Part shown: in pieces, positions 1-8,900 of the stretch
Layout of the letters: every line of letters begins with the position of its first letter
How positions within the stretch are numbered: position 1 is the first letter of the stretch
Assembly: GCA_945897765.1 (NCBI GenBank)
Contig: CAMDGP010000001.1
Span: 1-35,034 of the forward strand
Source of the DNA: Chitinophaga pinensis
Lineage (GTDB): Bacteria; Bacteroidota; Bacteroidia; Flavobacteriales_D; Crocinitomicaceae
Direction: 5' to 3'
Length of the DNA stretch: 35,034 nucleotides
Position numbers and translations under genes: made by a program
The notes under the pieces: model-generated
Database searches by the model: none
Told to the model about the DNA's origin: nothing
Seen by the model: the letters and a program-made list of their open reading frames with translations, nothing else

Positions 1-321
1 TCTGCTAAATTATTTCAAAAAGCAACAAGAGTTGAAGCTTTTATTGAAAATGAACTAATTGGCTTAATTGCAATTTATGTTGATGAACAAAAAAAAGTAA
101 GCTTTATAAGTAATGTAAGTGTTTTAAAAAGATTTGAAGGTAAGGGAGTGGCAAAAAAGTTATTTGAGAAAACATTAAACCTACTAAAGAAAATGAAGAT
201 GAACAAAATACAACTCGAAGTGGATTTAATGAATGTGAAAGCAATTACTTTCTATCAAAAGTTAGGTTTTGAAACTTTAGATAAAGATGAAAACAAATTA
301 ATAATGAACTTAAATTTATAA
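1..321 (+). CDS. GNAT-family N-acetyltransferase, C-terminal part (5' end outside the window)
   Basis: Frame 1 is open from base 1 to TAA at 319-321. The translation ...IAIYVDEQKKVSFISNVSVLKRFEGKGVAKKLFEKTLNLL...VKAITFYQKLGFE... shows the GNAT acetyl-CoA loop (R-x-x-G-x-G/A: RFEGKGVA) and the terminal FYxKxGF motif. It is absent from the ORF track because no start codon lies in the window. Confidence 0.7.
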   Translation, partial: SAKLFQKATRVEAFIENELIGLIAIYVDEQKKVSFISNVSVLKRFEGKGVAKKLFEKTLNLLKKMKMNKIQLEVDLMNVKAITFYQKLGFETLDKDENKLIMNLNL

Positions 322-322
322 T

Positions 323-1066
323 ATGAGTAGAGATTACAATAACGAATTAAAGGATACCAAAGATCATAAATACGCTTACTCATTTGACTTTGATGTGATG
401 CACCCATACATGCTCAAATCATTTGAACCATTTTTTAAAGATGGCAACTTTTTAGAATTAGGAAGCTTTAAAGGAGACTTTACAAGACGTTTTTTACCGC
501 ATTTTGAAGATATTACTTGCGTTGAAGCTTCTGATGAAGCTATTGAAATTGCTAAAAAAGAATTTGGACCTAAAGTTAAGTTCATTAACTCGTTATTTGA
601 AACTGCCACTTTGCCAACCAAATACGACAATATTGTTTTAACTCATGTTTTAGAACATATCGATAATCCTGTAGCTGTTTTAAAAAAAATTAACGACGAA
701 TGGTTAAGTGAAAACGGACGATTCTTTTTAGTTTGCCCAAATGCCAATGCACCATCCCGTCAAATAGCTGTAAAAATGGGGTTAATCAGCCATAATTCAG
801 CAGTGACTCCTGCTGAAAAAGAACATGGACATAACATTACATATACGCTAGACACCTTAGAAAGGGACGCAAAAGCTGCTGGATTAAATGTAGTTCACCG
901 TTCAGGTATTTTCTTTAAAGCATTGGCAAATTTTCAATGGGATAGATTACTTGAAACAGATATCATTTCACCTGAATATTTAGAAGGATGCTACCAGCTA
1001 GGTCAACAGTATCCTGATTTATGTAGCAGTATCTATTTAATGTGCGAAAAAGGTCCAAAGAAATAG
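323..1066 (+). CDS. class I SAM-dependent methyltransferase
   Basis: 247-aa ORF starting 1 nt after the GNAT stop. It has a glycine-rich motif-I-like segment (FLELGSFKGDF) followed by an acidic residue about 20 aa later (CVEASDEAI) and a motif II-like IVLTHVLEH. The layout is typical of methyltransferases in polysaccharide loci. Confidence 0.75.
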   Translation: MSRDYNNELKDTKDHKYAYSFDFDVMHPYMLKSFEPFFKDGNFLELGSFKGDFTRRFLPHFEDITCVEASDEAIEIAKKEFGPKVKFINSLFETATLPTKYDNIVLTHVLEHIDNPVAVLKKINDEWLSENGRFFLVCPNANAPSRQIAVKMGLISHNSAVTPAEKEHGHNITYTLDTLERDAKAAGLNVVHRSGIFFKALANFQWDRLLETDIISPEYLEGCYQLGQQYPDLCSSIYLMCEKGPKK

Positions 1067-1432
1067 ATTTTTCTTTTTCCAAAATTTTACTGATTTTCTT
1101 TCTTTTATTGTTTTTGGTTCTAGGTTTTTTGACCTATCTTTGATTTTTAACTGTGTGCTATATGCAAAGGAAATTATACTTACATACGATTATTTTGTTC
1201 ATGGCATATTTTCACTTATTTGGAATAAGTGCCCAAACGAATTTTGTGCTTCCCAAGGAAAATCAGACCTTTTTAAATAGTGAAAACATCGTATTTCAAA
1301 ATTTGAGTTGAAAAATGTTCGTTTTTTCTACAGGTAGTGTATCTTTAATTGGTAGAAACTTGAATATTTGTGTGATTTGGAAGTTAAAATACTCAGTTCG
1401 AAGTCATCTCACTAATATAATTAAATACTTAA

Positions 1433-1795
1433 ATGAAAGTCCTTCTTAAAAATTTTTTTAGTATTACAATTCTTTTTATTTCAATTTACCTAATTTACTA
1501 TTATTTGGATAGAAAGGACTATATTACTTTTTTCACAAAGCTAAGTCTATTTGAATGGATAATTATTTCAACACTTGGATGGCTAATAATGATTTTAACA
1601 ACAATAATAACATTTGATCTAAGGATTCCTGACAAGAAAAAATCAATAAAAGAAATAATTACTTATCCGCTATTGCAAAGTTTATGGGGGTATCTAATTC
1701 CATTTCAAGGAAGTGTTATTTTTTCTCTTTTTTTCTTTAAAAAGGTACATAATCTATCCGTTTTAAAATCACTATCTGTAAATTTGGTTTTCTGA
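1433..1795 (+). CDS. membrane protein; N-terminal part of an interrupted flippase-like (UPF0104 / LPG-synthase-TM-type) gene
   Basis: 120-aa ORF with about 3 hydrophobic helices. It ends at TGA 1793-1795 and sits in the same reading frame as the next ORF (ATG 1799). The joined product would be about 319 aa, a size and position (directly upstream of a GT2) typical of flippase-like domain proteins. The family call is by eye only. Confidence 0.5.
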   Translation: MKVLLKNFFSITILFISIYLIYYYLDRKDYITFFTKLSLFEWIIISTLGWLIMILTTIITFDLRIPDKKKSIKEIITYPLLQSLWGYLIPFQGSVIFSLFFFKKVHNLSVLKSLSVNLVF

Positions 1796-1798
1796 TTT

Positions 1799-2392
1799 AT
1801 GTCTTTTATTTTAACAGGAATCTTTGGTTTGTTCTATTTAATGACAAATAATGTAGAAAACATTTACCTCTTATTTATTTTTATTCTATTTTTATTAATT
1901 GGCTTTTTTCCATACTTTTACAAGGTAATTAGACCACGATTTAAAAATGTAGAATTTAGGATATTTAAAAAATTATTTATAAACTTTGACGGAATTTTCT
2001 TAGGTATTCAAGAATCATTTAAACTAACAATCGAAAATAAAAAAATTCTATCCACATACGTATTAAGACTTTTTTTACTTATTGGCTGGTACTACTTAAT
2101 AGTAAGGTTTTTAAACTTTGAAATTTATTTATCTGAGGTTATTATATTATATTTATTTTTGGAACTATCAATTATTTTAAAAATCACTCCAGGAAACTGG
2201 GGAATACAGCAGATAATCGTAGGTTTCGTTTTTACGGCAATCAATAAACCACCAGAATTTGCAATAATTGTAACAACAACAGCCCTTATTAGTATTTTTT
2301 TTCTGACTTTTACAATTGGTCTAGTGGCAAATTTCTTTTTCTTAAAATCTATAAAAATTAATTCTCTTAAATCAATATTCTCTAAAATATGA
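1799..2392 (+). CDS. membrane protein; C-terminal part of the interrupted flippase-like gene
   Basis: 197-aa multi-helix ORF in frame with 1433-1795 (one TGA plus one TTT codon lie between them). Its TGA stop overlaps the ATG of the GT2 gene (ATGA at 2389-2392). Confidence 0.5.
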   Translation: MSFILTGIFGLFYLMTNNVENIYLLFIFILFLLIGFFPYFYKVIRPRFKNVEFRIFKKLFINFDGIFLGIQESFKLTIENKKILSTYVLRLFLLIGWYYLIVRFLNFEIYLSEVIILYLFLELSIILKITPGNWGIQQIIVGFVFTAINKPPEFAIIVTTTALISIFFLTFTIGLVANFFFLKSIKINSLKSIFSKI

Positions 2393-3339
2393 AAATTTCT
2401 ATAGTCGCTCCTATGTATAACGAGGAGTCTAACATCGAAACAACCATTACAAAAGTAAAAGCAGAACTTTTATTAAATAACTACAATGATTTTGAATTAG
2501 TTTTTGTTAACGATGGTAGTAAAGATAAAACCTGGGAAAAAGCAATAGATATAGCTAAGAATGATGATCATCTAAAAGTTGTTGGGTACAAAACTAATCA
2601 AGGTCGTGGAAAAGCTTTGAGAACAGGTATTGACAATGCAGTAGGGGATATAATAGTCACAATCGACTTTGATTTGTCTTATGATGCAAGTCACATTACA
2701 AGAATGATCAAAGAATTAGAAGTAAATGAAAATGTAGATGTAGTTCTCGCCTCATGTTACATGCCTGGAGGTCAAACTATAGGAATACCCAAATTTAGAC
2801 TGTTTATTTCAAAAACAGCAAATTTATTATATCGTTTTGCATTTTCACCTCAAATATATACCTCTACTTGTGTAGTAAGAGCATACAGAAAAAACGCTAT
2901 TAAATCTCTTGATTTGGAGTCAAATGACAAGGAAATTCACCTAGAAATAATCTCTAAATTACTTGCAAATAATTATACTTTACAAGAAATACCTGGAACT
3001 CTTACAAGAAGACAAATGGGTAAATCCAGTTTTAAATTTAGAGCTCATTCAATCTCTCATATTTTATTTTTTATTCAAGAAAGGCCATTTGCATTGTTTG
3101 GTATAATTGGATTAATGTTGATGACAACTGGTTTTATTTCTTCTCTCATATTAATATTAACAAGATTTGGTAATATTAATGGATTTGATCACACTTGGAT
3201 TTCTAGAGTCTCTTCCCCAAGTTTTGTTATAATTTTATTTCTAGCTGGCTTCCAATTCTTGGGTCTCGGATTTTTAGGAATTCAAAATAGTTTACTTAAA
3301 AAGGAACTTTTCAAGATTCAAAGCAAGTTGAAGGGATAA
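2389..3339 (+). CDS. family 2 glycosyltransferase, polyprenyl-phosphate sugar synthase type (GtrB/ArnC/DPM1-like) with C-terminal TM helices
   Basis: N-terminal GT-A signature ISIVAPMYNEE...VFVNDGSKDKT...NQGRGKALRTG...IVTIDFDLSYD (DxD-type motif). Two hydrophobic helices lie near the C-terminus (FALFGIIGLMLMTTGFISSLILIL and FVIILFLAGFQFLGLGFLGI), as in GtrB/ArnC-type enzymes. Confidence 0.85.
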   Translation: MKISIVAPMYNEESNIETTITKVKAELLLNNYNDFELVFVNDGSKDKTWEKAIDIAKNDDHLKVVGYKTNQGRGKALRTGIDNAVGDIIVTIDFDLSYDASHITRMIKELEVNENVDVVLASCYMPGGQTIGIPKFRLFISKTANLLYRFAFSPQIYTSTCVVRAYRKNAIKSLDLESNDKEIHLEIISKLLANNYTLQEIPGTLTRRQMGKSSFKFRAHSISHILFFIQERPFALFGIIGLMLMTTGFISSLILILTRFGNINGFDHTWISRVSSPSFVIILFLAGFQFLGLGFLGIQNSLLKKELFKIQSKLKG

Positions 3340-3348
3340 TTAAAATTC

Positions 3349-3918
3349 CTAACTTGAAAAATCCTTTCCTTCGTACGCCTTTTTTTCTTTAACCACTTTA
3401 CAAGGTGATCCTAAAGCAATAGAGTTACTTGGAATATCCTTAGTTACAGTAGAATTAGCGCCAATAATTACATTGTTACCTATTGAGACACCTGGCATGA
3501 TTACAGAATTCATACCAATCCAAACATTATCACCTATAATTATAGGACCTACATCTTCCCAAATATCATAGTCTATAGGTGAATGATTTGCACTTATTAA
3601 ACCAACATTAGGCCCCATTCTTAAATTGTGACCTACAATTATCCCACCTTTCCCCTGTACATAACAACCTGAATTTAAACCCAAAGGTGAATTATTACCA
3701 ACTTTAATTTTATTTTTATGTAAAACAATTGAAGTGAAATGAACTGGCCATTGAATTGAACCATTTATTCTTAAAATTTTTTGAGGTACAAAATATAATA
3801 AACAATAAATAAAGTTTACACCTTTTGATTTTGAGTAAAAAATTGGCCTAATGAAAATTAGAAGTATTTCTATTTTTTCAAAAAATATAAATATTTTAGG
3901 TCTTTTAATAGCTTTCAT
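3349..3918 (-). CDS. hexapeptide-repeat (left-handed beta-helix) O-acetyltransferase
   Basis: Repeated [LIV]-G-x4 hexapeptides (IIVGHNLRMGPNVGLISANH...IIIGDNVWIGMNSVIMPGVSIGNNVIIGANSTV). The 5' end overlaps the upstream gene by 14 nt (3905-3918). Its stop is 9 nt from the convergent GT2 stop. Confidence 0.8.
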   Translation of the reverse strand: MKAIKRPKIFIFFEKIEILLIFIRPIFYSKSKGVNFIYCLLYFVPQKILRINGSIQWPVHFTSIVLHKNKIKVGNNSPLGLNSGCYVQGKGGIIVGHNLRMGPNVGLISANHSPIDYDIWEDVGPIIIGDNVWIGMNSVIMPGVSIGNNVIIGANSTVTKDIPSNSIALGSPCKVVKEKKAYEGKDFSS

Positions 3919-5875
3919 TTAAACTTTTTAGTGTTATAAATACCTCTTTTGACTTACTATCTTTGAAGATGCTTTTAATATATGGCCTTAAAAAATCAGG
4001 AATATAATTTGAATTTTTCCCAAACATAAATTTAATTTTATTTTCCCTGATAAGATTTACTAATAAAATATTTAAACTATCTAAATTCTTTTCGGTCCCG
4101 TGTATGGAAACATATAAAGAAACTAAAGGAGCCTTAGGTATTAACATTTTTGCTTCACCATTAGGGAAATCATTTTTTATAAACATTTCTGCTTTTGTAT
4201 AAGAAAATAAAAATGTATTGTTAATGTGTCCCGGTAGAAAATTACCAACTAAATGTTCTAAATCATTATATTTTTCGTAATCATTTTTGTCTTCAAATTT
4301 GATACCAGTTCGATTTTTTATTTTCGAAACCTCAAAAATAACATTTTGTATGTAACTAAGTGAATATCGTTCATGATAAAAAACCTTAGCATCATGTGCT
4401 ACATTATAACTTCTAAATCCGAAAAAGAAAAAACAAACTGGAATAAGGATTGATGAAAAAATTATTGAGTACCTTTTTTTAATAAAGATTAAAAAATAGC
4501 ATAAAATAAGTAGCGAAATTAGATTAATAAGCGGCAACATTGTATAAAATAAAAACTGACTGGCGCCAAAAGAATAAAATAACACTTGCCAAACTAATGC
4601 TGAAGTTGATATACCAATAAAGATAAAAAGAAGTAATATTTTATTTGAGTTACTTTGAATTTTTAACCTAAAGTTTTGAAAGTTAGTAATAAAGAAATAA
4701 ACTAAAATTAAAAGTATTGGGAAGAAAATAACTATACCTTGTATTAATTTTTCTATTACAATTATTAATCTATGTTTTAATGTTGGAATTGTAAACAATT
4801 CATTTAATCTTAAACTAGGTGTTGAAATATATTGTTCTGTCGGTTTAAATGCAAAGTAAAAAGCACCAATTGCAAGAGCAATTATTATTGTATTTTGAAT
4901 TAAACTTAAATTACTTTCTTGATTAAGTTTCTTTCTAAAAACAATCAAAATTAAAGAAATAATAAACAAAATTGATAAAATTGTTGGTGCTAGTGTAATA
5001 CTTAAAATGGGGAGAAATAATAGAACTAAAAAAGAATTTGTCTTTTCTTTATTATTTGAAAATAGGGTCAAAAAAAGCATTACAACGAGGTAAGCAATGC
5101 AAACGGTAAGCCCTTTCCATTCGTCAAAGGCATTAATAAAATAATTACCGGAATATTTTAAATAAGGTATTTGTTCAAAATCTTTAAGGTAGAAACCAGT
5201 AAATACAACAGACAAAACACCAAATAAGTACAAATACCATTGTGCCTTCCATCTTTCCAAAAATCCCCAAAAACCGATTGTTATAATTGAAGATAGCATA
5301 GGGAAAACAATTAATTGTTCGGTAACCCAAAAATTTAAGTTGAACATTGTCCCCAAAGTTCCTATTGTCCAAGCTTCAAAATAATGATAAGGATCAACTC
5401 CATCAGGTAAATTTAAATAATTAACATTTACCGATTCAACACCGGTATTAACCAAGAAATCTGCCCTCAAGACATGTTTTAAACTATCCATGTTTGTTAC
5501 AACAGGGAAGAAATCTCCGTCGAGCAGTGTAAAATATCTCCAGGAAAAAAATGTAATCAGAGGGATCAGAGAAATACTTAAAAAAAATAACTCTTTTACA
5601 TTAAAAAGTTTCTTTAGATTAATGTTATAAATTTTAAAATTGTTCTGTTTCCATAGTAGAAACATGAGTAGAATCAGAATTATATTAATTGATTTGAAAT
5701 TTGTTTTTAAAATCGCAAAAAATGGAACCAATGTAAATAACCCACTAAATAATTTTATAAAAATAATATTGAAATTGTTGAGTTTGTTTTCATTAATAAA
5801 TAAATGAAAAACAAAATTTCCAATCAAATAAATAAAAAAGAATGATAAAACTAGAATAAAAAAGAATAAAATCAT
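3905..5875 (-). CDS. 656-aa polytopic membrane protein with C-terminal soluble domain; GT-C-like architecture, function unknown
   Basis: More than 10 hydrophobic segments by eye over the first ~480 aa, then a ~170-aa hydrophilic C-terminal region (HDAKVFYHERYSLSY...KEVFITLKSLNESY). The coding sequence is extremely AT-rich. I could not recognise a catalytic motif, so the GT-C assignment rests on architecture and context only. Confidence 0.6.
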   Translation of the reverse strand: MILFFFILVLSFFFIYLIGNFVFHLFINENKLNNFNIIFIKLFSGLFTLVPFFAILKTNFKSINIILILLMFLLWKQNNFKIYNINLKKLFNVKELFFLSISLIPLITFFSWRYFTLLDGDFFPVVTNMDSLKHVLRADFLVNTGVESVNVNYLNLPDGVDPYHYFEAWTIGTLGTMFNLNFWVTEQLIVFPMLSSIITIGFWGFLERWKAQWYLYLFGVLSVVFTGFYLKDFEQIPYLKYSGNYFINAFDEWKGLTVCIAYLVVMLFLTLFSNNKEKTNSFLVLLFLPILSITLAPTILSILFIISLILIVFRKKLNQESNLSLIQNTIIIALAIGAFYFAFKPTEQYISTPSLRLNELFTIPTLKHRLIIVIEKLIQGIVIFFPILLILVYFFITNFQNFRLKIQSNSNKILLLFIFIGISTSALVWQVLFYSFGASQFLFYTMLPLINLISLLILCYFLIFIKKRYSIIFSSILIPVCFFFFGFRSYNVAHDAKVFYHERYSLSYIQNVIFEVSKIKNRTGIKFEDKNDYEKYNDLEHLVGNFLPGHINNTFLFSYTKAEMFIKNDFPNGEAKMLIPKAPLVSLYVSIHGTEKNLDSLNILLVNLIRENKIKFMFGKNSNYIPDFLRPYIKSIFKDSKSKEVFITLKSLNESY

Positions 5876-5882
5876 ATTTTTG
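5875..5882 (+). promoter_or_regulatory. candidate Bacteroidetes -7 promoter box (TATTTTTG = TAnnTTTG) for the giant surface-protein gene
   Basis: Exact match to TAnnTTTG, ending 22 nt upstream of ATG 5904. It overlaps the start codon (5873-5875, minus strand) of the divergent membrane-protein gene. Confidence 0.35.
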
Positions 5883-5903
5883 TTTAATTAGTATCAATGA
5901 TAT

Positions 5904-8900
5904 ATGAAAATTCAATTATTAATACTTTTTTTTGCATCTAATTTATATGTCTTAGGACAAGCACCAAATAACATTTCAGGATTGAAATTATGGTATAATG
6001 CTGATTCAGTAAACATAGTTGGTGGTAAAGTCACACAAATTTTTGATCAAAGTGGACTTCAAAATAACGCAATTCAGAATTTAAGTTCAAAACAGCCAAT
6101 TGTGATAAATAATGTATTGAATGGTAAAAAATCTATTAGGTTTACCTCAACAAATGAAATGGATATTTCGGGAGTTCAATTAAATTCATCTGCCCCACAT
6201 ACGATGTACTTTGTTGTCAGTAATTTAAACTCTGGAAATTCCGTTTCAACGTTTTTTCAAATCCAATCAAATGGCACTTATAATAGCTGTTATTCTATTC
6301 CTTCAGGCACATATAAATCTTCATATGGCACTTTTACTGCTGGATCCAGATCGAGCAATCCTCTTGCTCTTTTCAAGTCAACCAATTTATATACCGTTAG
6401 TAACCCAAATTATTTTAAAATTTCATTCGATGGTAGCAGTTCGACTAACATTAATAGTTTTAATTATTTTAATAACAATCAAACACAGTTAAAAACGGCC
6501 GGTACCAATGGTCTTTCAAATAATTTTTCAAAAATAGGATGTACAACTACAAATTTTAGTTTTATTGGTGATATATTGGAAGTTATATTTTTTGAAAGAA
6601 ATTTATCTGCTTCCGAAAATAATATAATTGAGTCTTACTTGAAAAACAGATATATGCCGATTCTTGAGTTGGGTCCAGATATTTTATCCTCATATGGGTT
6701 TCAAAATTACTCATTAAACGCAAGTTCAAATTTTCAAGAATACCAGTGGAATACTGGTGAAACAACTTCAAGTATTGTAATAAATGAACCAGGTCAATAT
6801 TGGGTTCAGGTCAAAGATCGTTTTGGAATAATAAGTTCAGATACGATTAACCTAACTCGTCCTGATTATTCAGTGATTCAACTATCAAACCAAACAATTT
6901 GTTACAATAGTAACACTTCAATAGCTGCTCAAATTCCTGCAGGAGATTATACTTTTGTTCAATGGAGCGATGGAGTTACAACTCAAACTAGAACAATTAC
7001 TCAAACAACAAATTTAAATTATACTTTAAAAGACAATTTAAATAATACTAAAACATCAAATACGGCAACCTTAACCTATGATAATACATTGCAAAATGTG
7101 AGTCTAGGTAACGACACTACTCTATGTGAGGGGAATTTTATTCAATTGCAGGTAACCTCTCCATCTATTATTACCTATTTATGGAGTACAAACAATACAA
7201 CTCCCTCAATAACTTTGGTTAACTCAGGAGTTTATTCGCTTGAAGTTTCAAATTCAAATGGTTGTTCAAAAAATGAAACTATTCAGGTTACCATTCAAGG
7301 TCAATCACCAACTATTCAAATAAATTTTCCAACCCAATTTTGTCTAAATGAAAGCACCCCGTTTTCAGAATCTAGTTTCGTGCAAAATGGAGAAGCTATT
7401 GGATTTCGCGAATGGAATTTCGGAAATAATACCTATTCTAACTTGTCTTCAGGTGCATTCGTAAATTCCATTATTGGAGATTATAACGGAACGCTAACAG
7501 TTACCTCAATTGGTGGTTGTCGGCATACGCAAGCATTTAGTTATTCTGTTCGACCAAAACCAACTGCAAGTTATACTTCACCACTTTTATGTGATAATGT
7601 TTCTGGATTGTTTACAAATATAAGTTCAGCACCTTCAAGCACAATTTCAACCTCACAATGGTTAGTAGATGATATTCTTAATGCCTCAACAATCAACTTG
7701 AATTATGCACATCCTGTAACTGGAAATTATAATTTAAAGTTAATTGTTACCAATGGATTTGGTTGCAAAGACACAAGCTCTCAAACGCAAAGCGTTATAA
7801 ATACTTATCCCATTCCAAATGCATCTAGTTTAATAGATCCTTTTAATACTAAAACAGTACTTTCAACAGAGCAAATTCCATTCAGTTGGTCTAGTGTTGC
7901 TGATAATTACTTTTATGAATTACAATTTTCAACTTCTACTTCATTTAATTCGATTTTATATTCACAAACTACAACTCAAATCAACTTAACGACTGCTTTA
8001 AATAATTCAGGAACTATTTTTTGGCGCGTAAAAGCTAATAATCCGTGTTTATTGGGAGGAACAAGTCAAGTCTTTTCAATACAATCAGTTACTATTGCTG
8101 ACAGTTTACGTCTATGGCTAAGAGCGGATAGAGGCACAACATTAAATGGTTCAACAGTTAGCTCTTGGTTAGATCAAAGCCAAACTAACCTTAATGCCTC
8201 TCAATCAACTGTGGAGAATCAACCGACATTTGTTTCTTCAAATCCAGTTTTAAATGGTTTCTCCAGTGTTCAATTTGATGGAACAAATGATATGTTAAAT
8301 GGAGGTTTAATTCCACGTATTAACACTAATTCACTTTCTGTTTTTGCTGTTGCAAGTGGAGGGAATCAATCTACAACAAATGCTGTTTTACTTTCAAGTG
8401 GATCGGCAACAAGTGGTTGGTGGTTGTCTCGCAGAGCAAGCGCAGGAAGAATAGGTGTACTTCATAACAACAATACTTTACAAGGAGCAACCGCAACTTT
8501 ACCAACTTCAGGATATAACTTTAGATTGTTTGGTTATAAAAAAGTTTTTGGAAACTCTGCCTTATTAAAAGTCAATGGTACTAACGAAATTTCGTCAACA
8601 GCAGCAGTTGCAATAAATGGTTTTACTAATGCCAATTATCAAGTTGGGGCTGGAAGTGGTGCTAATTTCTTAAATGGAGATATTGCTGAGGTTATGGTAT
8701 TTACTAAAACACTTTCAACAGAGGAGCAAACTGGAATTGAAAAGTATTTAATGGATAAATACACGAAACCTGTAAACATAGGTCCTGATATTTCAATGAA
8801 TTATGGTTTTTGTGATATTACTCTAACTTCTAATGCGTTTTTTGAATCTTATATATGGAACACAGGCGCATCGACATCAAGTATTGAAATAAATGAACCG

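Noticed and set aside
1068-1280. A ~70-codon open frame without ATG in the 366-nt spacer (FFFFQNFTDFLSFIVFGSRFF...), considered as a gene remnant.
   Set aside because: It has no start codon (only a weak internal TTG) and no recognisable motif. T-rich sequence trivially gives Phe/Leu-rich open frames. It is mentioned only as part of the spacer in the island finding.
1396-1402. GTTCGAA, a tRNA T-loop-like heptamer (similar strings occur near 30303 and 34319).
   Set aside because: The flanking bases cannot form a T-stem, and no acceptor, D or anticodon arms are present. I found no tRNA in the window.
1793-1795. In-frame TGA as evidence for an alternative genetic code (UGA = Trp or Gly).
   Set aside because: TGA terminates several well-defined genes here (2390-2392, 32971-32973, 33894-33896, 13593-13595 on the minus strand), with start codons overlapping them. 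The standard bacterial code fits the window.
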